IMG/VR virus record: IMGVR_UViG_3300028585_000007
Reading direction: 5' to 3' (one strand)
Source: a virus
Length of the DNA stretch: 44,116 nucleotides
This document shows, piece after piece, positions 1-8,611 of this stretch. How positions within the stretch are numbered: the first letter of the stretch is position 1; each line of letters begins with the position of its first letter. The position numbers were made by a program, and so were the translations under genes. The notes beneath the pieces are model-generated. The model saw only the letters and a program-made list of their open reading frames with translations, made no database searches and was not told the origin of the DNA.

Positions 1-127
1 GTACTGCGTCCGTCAGTTTCTCGCTGTACCGTATGACGGACTACCAGCCCGGGGCCAACGACATCATCTACGTCGACAACCTCATGCTGGTGGAGCAGGA
101 CGGTCCGACCCCACCTTACGGGGATGG
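1..127. repeat. Window-terminal overlap; 1-127 is identical to 43990-44116 (circular closure or terminal redundancy)
   Basis: The same string gtactgcgtccgtcagtttctcgctgtaccgtatgacgg...ccaccttacggggatgg is read at both ends; offset 43989. Confidence 0.95.
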
Positions 128-1034
128 GTCGATAGCGGGTTGGAACTGGGAGGGCGCGCCTAACGCTTCGCGCTCGCTGAAGCTGGAGACGGCCCCGGTC
201 GTGACCCTCGTTGAGGGTGACAACCTGGCCGGTCCCCGGGCGCGCTTGGCGTTCAACGAACTCCTGCCGGGTACGGTTCGTCTCACGGTGTACCGCAACT
301 CGGACCGCCGACTGTGGAAGGTCCGGGACGCGGTCGATGTGTCGGTCAACGGCAGTATCGAGCGCCCCGACTACGAGATTCCGTTCAACGTCGACTCGGC
401 TTACTACGCGATGCAGTACGACGCGCAGGGAGGCGAGCTGGGGTACACGGAGTCGACCACGGTCAACTTCCAGCAGGACGAAGACGTGGTGTGGTTCCAC
501 TACCCGCTCGACCCGAAGCAACGAGTCCGTACCGCATACCGGTCCACGGCTGCTCAGTCCATCGTGCGCCCGTCGCGCGGTGAAGTGGTGCAGATCGAGG
601 GCCGGTCGGTGGGCGTACTGGTGGCGCGCGGTCGCCAGGGCCTGACGGGTGTGAACCTGGACATCGTCACGGAGACGCACGCTGACGCGGACGCCTTCTC
701 TGACATGTTCGGCACGTACTCCGAGCGGCGCATTCCGATTGCCGTAGTGCGCAGCGCGGGTCCGACCCGCATCCCGAAGACCCTGTTCGCGGCGATCATG
801 TCGCCCGAGGAGCAGGACGCCACCGTCCACCTGGGTGGCGCACTGGTGAACTGGGAACTCAAGGCGGACGAGGTTACGCCACCGGCAGAGAGTCTCATTA
901 TTCCGCTGTTGACGTACAACGACTTCAACGCCTACTACGCCAACTCCAACTACGCGAAGTTCAACTCGGACTACGCAACGTACGCTCAGGCGAACGTCGA
1001 TTACTCGAAGGCAGGTACTTACAGTGCGCAGTAG
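1..1034 (+). CDS. 3' part of a wrap-around minor tail protein (Dit-like distal tail protein); the 5' part is 43017-43989, and track ORF 33-1034 begins at an internal Met
   Basis: The frame opened by ATG 43017 has no stop up to 44116. It is in frame with 33-1034 through the overlap (44022 = 33; 44022-43017 = 1005). The joined length is 2007 nt / 668 aa, and the gene lies directly after the tape measure. Confidence 0.8.
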   Translation, partial: TASVSFSLYRMTDYQPGANDIIYVDNLMLVEQDGPTPPYGDGSIAGWNWEGAPNASRSLKLETAPVVTLVEGDNLAGPRARLAFNELLPGTVRLTVYRNSDRRLWKVRDAVDVSVNGSIERPDYEIPFNVDSAYYAMQYDAQGGELGYTESTTVNFQQDEDVVWFHYPLDPKQRVRTAYRSTAAQSIVRPSRGEVVQIEGRSVGVLVARGRQGLTGVNLDIVTETHADADAFSDMFGTYSERRIPIAVVRSAGPTRIPKTLFAAIMSPEEQDATVHLGGALVNWELKADEVTPPAESLIIPLLTYNDFNAYYANSNYAKFNSDYATYAQANVDYSKAGTYSAQ

Positions 1035-2160
1035 TTCAGCACAGCTGGCTCAGGTCCTGCAGGGGTCATTCCAGACCCGCTTCTGGGCCGACGTCTACTA
1101 CGACGGAACCCGGGTCCTGGAGGACGCGCCGCTCACCGAGTGCGCGCCGTCGTTCAGCGACTCGGGGGACGTCGAGGGGTCGGCTGAGGCGACCATCGTC
1201 TACTCGTCCTCGATTGGTGAGTCGTTCTCGCCTACCGAGGTGTCGGACCTGTTCGCCCCGTTCGGCACGAAGGTCGCGATCTACGTTGAGATCTTCGTGG
1301 GGAACGAGTTCAGCGAGCGGGTGCTCGTCGGCTTCTTCCGCATCACGTCGGTCCCGCAGTCGTACGACATGGACGTCCCGTTCCTGGGGCGTTCGATCAC
1401 GATCAACTCGTCCATACAGCTCTCGTTGCAGGACTCGATGATCGGCATCATCCGTGACAAGTTCACGCGTCCGGCCCTGCCCCTCCCGGGTAACGGGGTG
1501 TACGAGGAACTCAAGCGGCTCTCGAACGGTATGTCGATCACTCGGTCGGTGCCGGACGCGGGCATCCCGATTTCGGCGGTCGTCTACGACGAGTCCCGGA
1601 TGAAGGCGGTTCAGGAGCTGGCCGAGTTGCTCGACGCCAAGCCGTACATCCTGCCGAACGACACGCTCGGGGTTCGCTCCAAGACACCGGGGGAGGTCGT
1701 GACCCGCCTGACGTTGGGCGAGTACGGCACGGTGTCGGACCTCGGTAACGCCATGGACTCAGAGGACGTCTACAATGGTGTTTACATCGTCGGCGAGAAC
1801 GACAAGAACGAAACGGTCGTTCTCGCCGAACGGTGGATCTACGGCGGGCCGCTCCGGTGCGTGAACGGGGACGGTTCGGCGTCGCCCATGGGGCGGGTGC
1901 CGTACAAGTACAAGTCCGACCGGGTTACGACGGTCGCACAGGCCGAGGCCATGATCGATGCGCTGCTCGTGCGGGTGTCGTCGGTCCGGTCCGTGGTCGT
2001 GCCGGTTACCTGCGTTCTCGACCCCCGGCTGGAGCTGGGGGACGTGGTGGAGGTCGAGAAGGACAACAAGATCGTCAAGGGCCGCATCAAGAACATCAGT
2101 TACGGTGCCGGGTCCACGATGAACCTGTCAATGGAAGTCCTGGAGGTGAGCAACAAGTGA
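1024..2160 (+). CDS. Minor tail protein (Tal-like tail tip/hub protein)
   Basis: 378-aa ORF with GTG start overlapping the upstream stop by 11 nt; second gene after the tape measure; high GC3 codon usage. Confidence 0.75.
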   Translation: MRSSSAQLAQVLQGSFQTRFWADVYYDGTRVLEDAPLTECAPSFSDSGDVEGSAEATIVYSSSIGESFSPTEVSDLFAPFGTKVAIYVEIFVGNEFSERVLVGFFRITSVPQSYDMDVPFLGRSITINSSIQLSLQDSMIGIIRDKFTRPALPLPGNGVYEELKRLSNGMSITRSVPDAGIPISAVVYDESRMKAVQELAELLDAKPYILPNDTLGVRSKTPGEVVTRLTLGEYGTVSDLGNAMDSEDVYNGVYIVGENDKNETVVLAERWIYGGPLRCVNGDGSASPMGRVPYKYKSDRVTTVAQAEAMIDALLVRVSSVRSVVVPVTCVLDPRLELGDVVEVEKDNKIVKGRIKNISYGAGSTMNLSMEVLEVSNK

Positions 2161-3062
2161 GCGACGACCTCGACCTAGTCCTCGACATGATCGGCAGTGT
2201 CGTGGACGTCGACCAGTCGGTCGGCACTTACGCCGGTATCATCGACGGCCTCCCGCGCGTCGACTACCAGGGCGTCCGGGTTCCCGCTGCACTGACCGGC
2301 ACCACGGCGCTGATCATCGGTAGCCAGGTTCGCGTGGTCCGGGTCGCGAACAAGTTCCTGGTGCTGGGCAACTCGGAGCAGAAAGAGCCGGTGGGAAAGG
2401 TCCTCTCCCCCTCCAGTGGCGGAAAGGTCTTGATCGAGAACCCGGTCGGCTCCGGCCTCCAGGTCATGCTGCTCTGCACCCCGGACATCGCGTTCAAGGC
2501 GGGCGACACGGTGGTCATCGACTGGGCGGCAGGTGGAATCGTCGGGTACCGGCTCACGGCGGCACCGCCTCCCCCGACCCCGGTCACCCCGCCCCCCGGA
2601 CCGGACACTGGGCCGAAGCCGTTCGAGTACACGTTCCAGGCCGCAGGGTCGGGGTCGTGGCGCTCGGGCCGGTGGGCGTCCGATTCCGTGTACTACGCTC
2701 AGTCGTACGGCGTGGGAATGTGGCACTACGGCGCGCAGATCCGCAACACGTTGGCCGACAACGCGCAGATCAGTTCGCTGGAAATCTTCGTCACCGTACT
2801 GGAGTCGAGCGGGTCCAACCCGGTTTTCGGCTGGCATGGGTTCGACGACAAACCTGGCGGTGACTTCGGCCTCAACGACGCGTTCACGATCAACGGGCTA
2901 ACTCGTGGGTTCAGTGGGTGGGTCGGCCTCCCGGCTTCGTGGATCAACGCGGGCCGCGAGGGTGGTTTCGGCGTCGCAGTCAAGGGCGCGGGTTATCGCG
3001 TTTTCAAGGGTAGAGGTTCAGACGGTGAGTCTGGGCGTCTCAGAGTTCGAGGAGTGGTATGA
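2157..3062 (+). CDS. Minor tail protein with an internal Pro-rich linker
   Basis: GTG 2157 overlaps TGA 2158-2160 (GTGA coupling). The upstream part of track ORF 1833-3062 lies in another frame of the preceding gene. Linker sequence is AAPPPPTPVTPPPGPDTGP. Confidence 0.7.
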   Translation: MSDDLDLVLDMIGSVVDVDQSVGTYAGIIDGLPRVDYQGVRVPAALTGTTALIIGSQVRVVRVANKFLVLGNSEQKEPVGKVLSPSSGGKVLIENPVGSGLQVMLLCTPDIAFKAGDTVVIDWAAGGIVGYRLTAAPPPPTPVTPPPGPDTGPKPFEYTFQAAGSGSWRSGRWASDSVYYAQSYGVGMWHYGAQIRNTLADNAQISSLEIFVTVLESSGSNPVFGWHGFDDKPGGDFGLNDAFTINGLTRGFSGWVGLPASWINAGREGGFGVAVKGAGYRVFKGRGSDGESGRLRVRGVV

Positions 3063-3928
3063 CCAGACAACAGCAGCTCGGCCCGTGGGGCGAGCCGGTT
3101 TACCCGAACGGCTTGGGTGCCGACTTCGGTGGTGACCTCAGCGACATCTCGACCTGGTACGCCCAACGCACGGTTCGTCGGTTCCCGACTATGCTCGCGC
3201 TGTCGCAAGCCACCACGATGCAGGACGGGTACCTCGCTCGCGTGGACACGCTCTCGGGCGGCACGTTCATCTACCTGAACAACATCTGGCAGATGGTCCA
3301 GCCCGCGACCGTGGCTACGACCGCCGCCCGAGACGCCGCGTTCTCCGGTGGCACTCGCGGGCTGGTCCAGGGTGACCGCGTGTACAACGCTCAGACCGGG
3401 CAGTACGAGACGTACTACGGCCTGTACAACGCGGCGACCAACCCCCGAGGGTTGTACACCGCTGGTTGGCTCGCAGACACGGCCACGGCCACCCTCGGCA
3501 CGGTCGGCATCTACAACAACTCCGGTGGGATCCAGGCGTGGTCGCCCCGGTGGAGCCTAAACGCCGACGACCAGAACACCCCGGACGGTTGGTGGAGCGA
3601 CGCGGGGGCACTCGTCGGCGGCGGTGACGCTTCGTCGGTTATCAAGCTCCTGCCGGGTCGGTACTCCCTGTTCTACCGAGTGGGCTTCGGCGCTCAGGCC
3701 GGTAACGACGCACGTAACATCGCGTTGCTCACGGTCCGCCGCGACCCGTCCGTTAGTTCCGCATCCACGGAGCTGATCCGGGCCACCGCTGCGAACGACG
3801 ACTCGGGAATGGCGTCGAACTTGCTCACGCTGAGCAAGGAAGCCTACCTCTGGGCGGGCATCATCAAGCAGACGACGGTGACCAACACCACCGCTCGCCT
3901 CACCCTCGCACTCCAGAGGCACTCATGA
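3059..3928 (+). CDS. Minor tail protein / tail fibre candidate
   Basis: ATGA overlap with the previous stop; 289 aa; last tail-module gene before the endolysin. Confidence 0.7.
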   Translation: MTRQQQLGPWGEPVYPNGLGADFGGDLSDISTWYAQRTVRRFPTMLALSQATTMQDGYLARVDTLSGGTFIYLNNIWQMVQPATVATTAARDAAFSGGTRGLVQGDRVYNAQTGQYETYYGLYNAATNPRGLYTAGWLADTATATLGTVGIYNNSGGIQAWSPRWSLNADDQNTPDGWWSDAGALVGGGDASSVIKLLPGRYSLFYRVGFGAQAGNDARNIALLTVRRDPSVSSASTELIRATAANDDSGMASNLLTLSKEAYLWAGIIKQTTVTNTTARLTLALQRHS

Positions 3929-4980
3929 GTAACGCGTGGGGTGGCCACCGCAACGGCCAGATCCCGTTGGGAGCCATGACGGCAGTCCCGGGCGTTCAGA
4001 AGGGCGGGTTCATCCGCTCCGACCTCGCAGCTCCGCTTGCGGCCCTGCGAGCGGCGTTCAAGGCCCGGTTCGGGTACGACGTCATCATCCTGGAAATCTA
4101 CAGGAGCTTCGCGGAGCAGACCCGACTGCACGACGGCTGGGTACGGCGCCTGCCGGGGTTCAACTTGGCGGCGATCCCGGGGTTCTCGCTCCACGGCTGG
4201 GCAATCTCGGTCGACTGGGGCGGGCGTGTCGCAATCTCGGGCACCGAAGAGAAGAAGTGGATGGACGCCAACGCTCCGGCGTACGGCTTCAAACCGACGG
4301 GTAACGGTTTCTCCCCCAGGGAGAACTGGCACTACGACGGCATCCTCTCCGTGACGGCCAACCTGGCTGGCGCGGGCAACTACACACCCATAACAGGAGG
4401 CAACGACGTGGGTACGATCGAACCGAACCAGTTCAACGCGCTGATCGCGAGGTTGGACATCACCACCGGCATCCTCGGCGGTCTGCAGAACGTGGTGAAC
4501 GACCCCGCCAAGGGCCTGTTCCCCGGGGTCAACGACCTGCGTTCCGAGCCGCGCGAGTTCCGGGTCTTCCGCAACAAGCAGACCGGCGAGACGCGCACGT
4601 TCTCGTCGGCGGGCCACTGGTGGAACACCCCCGCTGGTTACCCCGAGCTGCTCGTCTCGCTCAAGCTGTCGCGCGGCGTCGAGATCCTCGAAGAGAACGT
4701 CTTCGGCTTCATCGCGTCGAACCTGGTGACGAAGCCCCCGCTGCCCGTCGTCCTGGCCAAGCTCGAAGAGCTGAGCGCCTCCCAGGTCGAGGAGTTCCGC
4801 AAAGCCGTCGACAAGATGAACCTGGACAGCCAGGGCATCGACGCCGACGCGCTGGCCTCGTCCATCGCTCTGAGCCTGGCTCCGATGCTGGAGCAGACGG
4901 TGAACCACCTCAGCGACGAAGCACTCGCCCAGATCGCCAAGGCGACCGCCGACGAGCAGGCGGAGCGGCTCAAGTCGTGA
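3925..4980 (+). CDS. Endolysin with an N-terminal M15/VanY-type zinc peptidase domain and an unassigned ~190-aa C-terminal domain
   Basis: FSLHGWAISVD (H-x6-D) and ENWHYDG match the VanY/M15 metal-ligand motifs; ATGA overlap; membrane proteins follow. Confidence 0.8.
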   Translation: MSNAWGGHRNGQIPLGAMTAVPGVQKGGFIRSDLAAPLAALRAAFKARFGYDVIILEIYRSFAEQTRLHDGWVRRLPGFNLAAIPGFSLHGWAISVDWGGRVAISGTEEKKWMDANAPAYGFKPTGNGFSPRENWHYDGILSVTANLAGAGNYTPITGGNDVGTIEPNQFNALIARLDITTGILGGLQNVVNDPAKGLFPGVNDLRSEPREFRVFRNKQTGETRTFSSAGHWWNTPAGYPELLVSLKLSRGVEILEENVFGFIASNLVTKPPLPVVLAKLEELSASQVEEFRKAVDKMNLDSQGIDADALASSIALSLAPMLEQTVNHLSDEALAQIAKATADEQAERLKS

Positions 4981-5465
4981 TCACCGTCGACTCCACGCTC
5001 GACCGGCGTCGCCGGGCGAAAGAGCGGGTGATCTGGCTGACGGACCTCGTGGTCTACGCGGTGCTGATCGGCAACGGCGTCCTGATCGTGTTCTTCACAT
5101 CAGACTTCATCAATGAGCGGGTGAAGTGGGAGTGGGCAATCGTCCTGTGGGGACTGAGCATGTCGTTTTCCGGCGTCCTCGGCTTCACGGGGCGGTTGCT
5201 CCGCTACTGGACGATTGAAATGCCAGGGGCCGTGTTGGCTCTGGTTTCAGCCGTCGTGTATTGTGCGGTGATCGGATCAGCGGTTTCCACGGGTAGCAGT
5301 TTGGTGCTCCTGGGATACGTGATCGTCGCACTCTGCAAGCTCATCCACCGTTACATCGAGCTTCGCATCCTCGTTTCCGAGCCTGGAACCGAGCCGTTCG
5401 CGGAGCGCCTGGCTAAGTTGCTCAGGCTAAGGACCGACCTCACGGTCGAGCGTGAGTACTACTAG
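4977..5465 (+). CDS. Membrane protein with four predicted TM helices; holin candidate
   Basis: GTG 4977 overlaps TGA 4978-4980. Hydrophobic segments: LTDLVVYAVLIGNGVLIVFF, WAIVLWGLSMSFSGVLGF, GAVLALVSAVVYCAVIG, LVLLGYVIVALCKL. Confidence 0.65.
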   Translation: MITVDSTLDRRRRAKERVIWLTDLVVYAVLIGNGVLIVFFTSDFINERVKWEWAIVLWGLSMSFSGVLGFTGRLLRYWTIEMPGAVLALVSAVVYCAVIGSAVSTGSSLVLLGYVIVALCKLIHRYIELRILVSEPGTEPFAERLAKLLRLRTDLTVEREYY

Positions 5466-5480
5466 GGGGTAACGGAAAGA

Positions 5481-5843
5481 ATGGGTGACAACATCCTGCC
5501 TTGGATCGTGGCGTTGGGGGGAGCAACCGGCATTGGCCTACTGTTCAGGGAAATCACCTCCGTGGTGACTCTCCTGCGCAAGGGTGTCTCGGCCAAGGAG
5601 GATAAACGCAAGATCGATATCGTGCACCAGAGGGACCGCGCACTACGCCGGGAGGCGGAAATGTCGGTACGGTACGAGCACGAGGCATCGGGTCGGCGTA
5701 AAGTCCAGGAGTACGCGTCTCAACTGAGGCGCAAGTTGTTTGAACAGGGTATCCCGCTAAACGAGCTGGAACCCTTTCCCGAGCAGCACACGCTGTCGAG
5801 GGAAGAAGTCGACGCAATAATCAAGGAGCACAACAATGAGTGA
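5481..5843 (+). CDS. Membrane-anchored protein (N-terminal TM plus charged helical tail); lysis-associated by position
   Basis: ILPWIVALGGATGIGLLF is followed by a K/R/E-rich region; GGAAAG-type SD lies upstream. Confidence 0.6.
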   Translation: MGDNILPWIVALGGATGIGLLFREITSVVTLLRKGVSAKEDKRKIDIVHQRDRALRREAEMSVRYEHEASGRRKVQEYASQLRRKLFEQGIPLNELEPFPEQHTLSREEVDAIIKEHNNE

Positions 5844-6108
5844 CATCAACCCCGTCCCCAACACCACCGACGAGACCGACATCCCGGTCGCGACCGTGGA
5901 GCTGGTCGACGCAAGCGACATCCCCCAGACCGCCACGAAGGCGCAGGTCGCCCTCATCATCACCATCCTCGGTGGTGCGCTGTCGGTCGCAACGCAACTG
6001 ATCCCGGACGGTACCCTCGGCATCGTCCTGGCGATCATCTTCGGCGCGATCACCGCTGCCGGGGCTTCGCTCGGCGTCTACCAGGCGTCGAACTCCTTCA
6101 AGCGCTGA
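5836..6108 (+). CDS. Small membrane protein with two TM helices; holin-like
   Basis: VALIITILGGALSVATQLI and LGIVLAIIFGAITAAGASLGV; overlaps the previous gene by 8 nt; last gene before the terminators. Confidence 0.6.
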   Translation: MSDINPVPNTTDETDIPVATVELVDASDIPQTATKAQVALIITILGGALSVATQLIPDGTLGIVLAIIFGAITAAGASLGVYQASNSFKR

Positions 6109-6143
6109 CCCCAGCGCCGACCTGGTAGGAGGTAGGGCGGCTC

Positions 6144-6190
6144 CGCCCCGCCGCACGGCCCCGCAGCTCGCGGGCGGTTGCGGCGGGGCG
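6144..6190 (+). terminator. GC-rich hairpin closing the late/lysis operon
   Basis: CGCCCCGCCGCA (6144-6155) pairs perfectly with TGCGGCGGGGCG (6179-6190); there is no clear U-tract. Confidence 0.6.
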
Positions 6191-6209
6191 TCCCCCCGCA
6201 AATCTACGG

Positions 6210-6245
6210 CCCCCTGGGCGCGCATATTCCGGCGCGCTCAGGGGG
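6210..6245 (+). terminator. Second hairpin terminator
   Basis: 14-bp stem CCCCCTGGGCGCGC / GCGCGCTCAGGGGG (one G-U pair), 8-nt loop, followed by TCTTAAATCT. Confidence 0.6.
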
Positions 6246-6266
6246 TCTTAAATCTGTATCCAGTAC

Positions 6267-6296
6267 TTGACAAGCTGGTTGACTATGTGATAGGGT
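6267..6296 (+). promoter_or_regulatory. Sigma70-type promoter (class GTACTTGACA); the downstream gene appears leaderless
   Basis: TTGACA 6267-6272, 18-nt spacer, TGA-TAGGGT ending at 6296; ATG 6303 lies 6 nt after the -10. Confidence 0.7.
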
Positions 6297-6302
6297 GGTG
6301 GT

Positions 6303-6542
6303 ATGACATCCATTTTCGCTGCAAAGACACCGACCAATGAGTCGGTCGCGCGGCGGATCGGCCTCACCAACGCAGGAGTGAGCCGCATCCGACGCGGTAA
6401 CCGCATCCCCTCGAACTCGCGCATGCGTTTGATCGAGGCCGAGTACGGCTGGTCCATTGTCGACCAGTACATGGCTAAGCGCGGCGGAACCTACGCCGCC
6501 GAGTTCGAAGCGATCCTCAAGTCTGACGATGCCAAGGCCTAA
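6303..6542 (+). CDS. Small helix-turn-helix DNA-binding protein (first early gene)
   Basis: ESVARRIGLTNAGVSRIRRGNRIPS reads as an HTH; 79 aa. Confidence 0.65.
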   Translation: MTSIFAAKTPTNESVARRIGLTNAGVSRIRRGNRIPSNSRMRLIEAEYGWSIVDQYMAKRGGTYAAEFEAILKSDDAKA

Positions 6543-7929
6543 GCTTGCTAAGCACCAGGTACAGGCTGTCAGATTTGCTGAGGCTACTGAGCGGGGACTC
6601 CTCGCGGACGAACCTGGGCTGGGCAAAACCGCGTCAGCCATTACCTCGTACGACGGAGGCCGCAACCTCGTCATCGCCCCGGCCATGGTCATCGACGGCG
6701 GGACGTGGACGGACGAGCTTCACACCTGGTCGGACTTCCACGAGGGATGGACGGTAGTACCCTTCACGAGCCTATCGAAGAGAGTCTCCACCGGCAGTGG
6801 CGGAACGCGGCCTATCGCGGGTGCCGTTAACCCAGCCTATGCCGGTCCGTGGGACGCTATCGTTATCGACGAGGCGCACTACATCAAGAACCGCAACACC
6901 AACTGGACCGCGACCATCGACAAGTTGGCCAAGAATTCGGGCGCTGTGCTGGCGATGACCGGCACCCCGATCAGCCACTGGGCGTCGGACCTGTTCACTA
7001 CCCTGCGACTGCTGAACCCCAGCGAGGCTAAACCCGGGGGTAGGTTCGGGTCGTACTGGCGGTGGGTCGAAGAGTGGTTCGAGACGGAGCAGTCCAGGTT
7101 CGGCGGTGCTCACAGCAAGGACATCGGCGGGCTGTTGGCGTGCAAGCCCAAGTGCAAGTTGCGTCCGGCCCACAAGCCGTGTAAGCATTACCGCCAGTTC
7201 ATGGCGGAGAACATGGGCGACCGGTTCCTGCGTCGCCTGCGCGACGATGTGCTGGGTGACTTGCCGCCGATGACGGTCCAGCAGGTCAGCTCGGCTATGG
7301 ACCGCAATCAGTCCAAGATGTACCGGGAAATGAAGGAAGAGTACGTGGCCGACCTGTCCGACGGGTCGACGCTCGAAGCCTGGTCGGACGGCGCGCGTAT
7401 CAACTTCCTCACCAAGCTCACCACCTCCTCGTGGTTGGTCGATAAGAAGGGACCCCCCAAGGGTGGCAAGTTCGAACTACTTCGCTACGATCTACAACAG
7501 CGGTCACGGCCTACTCTCGTCTTTGGTCACTACAGAGACACTGTTGAGGCGTGTGCAGCGGTCGCGGAGTCTGTGGGCGCTTCCGCTCGCTTCATTCATG
7601 GCGGGACATCCCGCGCCGACCGAGCCGCAATCGTTGCGCAGTTCAAGGCCGGTCAGCTCGACGTTCTGGTTGGGAGCCTGGAAGTGCTCGCCGAAGGTCT
7701 TACCCTCACAGCTGCTGACATGGCAATCTTCGTCGAGCTGTCGTATAAGCCGAGCAGAAATAAGCAGGCTCGTCAGCGGGTTCACCGTTGGGGCCAGACT
7801 CGGCCCGTCACAGTCCGTGAGTACATCACTCCAAAGACCGTGGACTCCCGGCGACTCCAAAAGCTCAACACCAAGAACGACCACGAGCTAAGGATGATGA
7901 GCGCGGCTGAGTTCGCGCAGATGCTGTAG
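6529..7929 (+). CDS. SNF2-family DNA-dependent ATPase/helicase
   Basis: DEPGLGKTASAI (motif I), VIDEAHYIKN (DEAH box), LAMTGTPI, and a C-terminal helicase domain (LVGSLEVLAEGLTL, QARQRVHRWGQ). Start chosen at ATG 6529 (MPRPKLAKHQ). Confidence 0.85.
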   Translation: MPRPKLAKHQVQAVRFAEATERGLLADEPGLGKTASAITSYDGGRNLVIAPAMVIDGGTWTDELHTWSDFHEGWTVVPFTSLSKRVSTGSGGTRPIAGAVNPAYAGPWDAIVIDEAHYIKNRNTNWTATIDKLAKNSGAVLAMTGTPISHWASDLFTTLRLLNPSEAKPGGRFGSYWRWVEEWFETEQSRFGGAHSKDIGGLLACKPKCKLRPAHKPCKHYRQFMAENMGDRFLRRLRDDVLGDLPPMTVQQVSSAMDRNQSKMYREMKEEYVADLSDGSTLEAWSDGARINFLTKLTTSSWLVDKKGPPKGGKFELLRYDLQQRSRPTLVFGHYRDTVEACAAVAESVGASARFIHGGTSRADRAAIVAQFKAGQLDVLVGSLEVLAEGLTLTAADMAIFVELSYKPSRNKQARQRVHRWGQTRPVTVREYITPKTVDSRRLQKLNTKNDHELRMMSAAEFAQML

Positions 7930-7935
7930 CGGTAC

Positions 7936-7965
7936 TTGTGCGGTAGGCGACTGGTATGCTATACT
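7936..7965 (+). promoter_or_regulatory. Promoter of the same family
   Basis: GTACTTGTGC (-35 TTGTGC 7936-7941), 18-nt spacer, TGC-TATACT ending at 7965. Confidence 0.6.
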
Positions 7966-8084
7966 GGTGGTACACCGGGACGGACACCCCCCCCCCAGTC
8001 TGGACCGGTCAGCAGGGCCGGGGATACTTCCCCCCCTTGGTCCCCGGCCCTGCGATCCCATCCACACAAATAAGGAGCAAACCA
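7966..8084 (+). promoter_or_regulatory. Structured C-rich 5' leader (C10 tract plus a 12-bp hairpin with a C7 loop)
   Basis: C10 at 7987-7996; CAGGGCCGGGGA (8013-8024) pairs with TCCCCGGCCCTG (8041-8052); loop TACTTCCCCCCCTTGG; then TAAGGAGCAAACCA-GTG. Confidence 0.5.
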
Positions 8085-8525
8085 GTGCAGGACAACGACT
8101 ACAACGGCCACACCCCCGACGACTCGACGGCGGAGGACGCCCCGAAGATCAGTCCCGACACGAAGATGTCCTTCACGGACTTCGCTCAGTGGCTGTTCAA
8201 AGACCACGAGGGGGACACGCAGGTTCCTCCCCTCGAAGAGTTCATGCTGACGATGCAGCAGGTCGCCGACATGTCGACCATCACGAAGTTCAGCGTCTAC
8301 GACCTCGTCCCGACCGACGACGGCCTGGGGCTGGAGGTCCACATCTTCGAGCGCTCACTCGACGACTGGATGACGCTGGTGAGCACCGTCGCCTTCGCCC
8401 AGATCACCAAGAGCCACGAAATCCTGCGTCCCATCCTCCGCACCGACCGCGCCACCAAGGCGGAGAAGGAAGAGCAGGAGCACGCGGAGGACCTCTCGAA
8501 GGCTCTGCGCAACCTCTTCGGCTGA
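8085..8525 (+). CDS. Hypothetical acidic protein
   Basis: GTG 8085 is preceded by AAGGAG 8071-8076. The track start 7956 lies inside the promoter -10 and was therefore rejected. Confidence 0.6.
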   Translation: MQDNDYNGHTPDDSTAEDAPKISPDTKMSFTDFAQWLFKDHEGDTQVPPLEEFMLTMQQVADMSTITKFSVYDLVPTDDGLGLEVHIFERSLDDWMTLVSTVAFAQITKSHEILRPILRTDRATKAEKEEQEHAEDLSKALRNLFG

Positions 8526-8531
8526 CACACA

Positions 8532-8568
8532 CAGGGCAGGGAGGCGACCCGAACGCTTCCCTGCCCTG
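8532..8568 (+). terminator. Hairpin terminator
   Basis: CAGGGCAGGGA / TCCCTGCCCTG, 11-bp perfect stem, 15-nt loop. Confidence 0.5.
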
Positions 8569-8576
8569 ACCTGTAC

Positions 8577-8606
8577 TTGACACATACGTATACCGCATGG
8601 TAGGAT
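8577..8606 (+). promoter_or_regulatory. Promoter (class GTACTTGACA); leaderless start
   Basis: TTGACA 8577-8582, 18-nt spacer, TGG-TAGGAT ending at 8606; ATG 8612. Confidence 0.7.
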
Positions 8607-8611
8607 AGATT

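Noticed and set aside
1-127. Biological direct terminal repeat
   Set aside because: The repeat bisects an open reading frame that continues in frame across it, so an assembly/circularisation overlap is the simpler explanation. This cannot be proven without reads.
1833-2156. Upstream extensions offered by the track (1833-3062, 4620-5465, 6457-7929, 7956-8525, 22487-23161, 23142-23792, 25922-26557, 26929-27240, 34373-34996)
   Set aside because: In each case the extension overlaps the preceding gene in another frame or covers a promoter or leader. A downstream start with stop-start coupling or a clear SD fits better.
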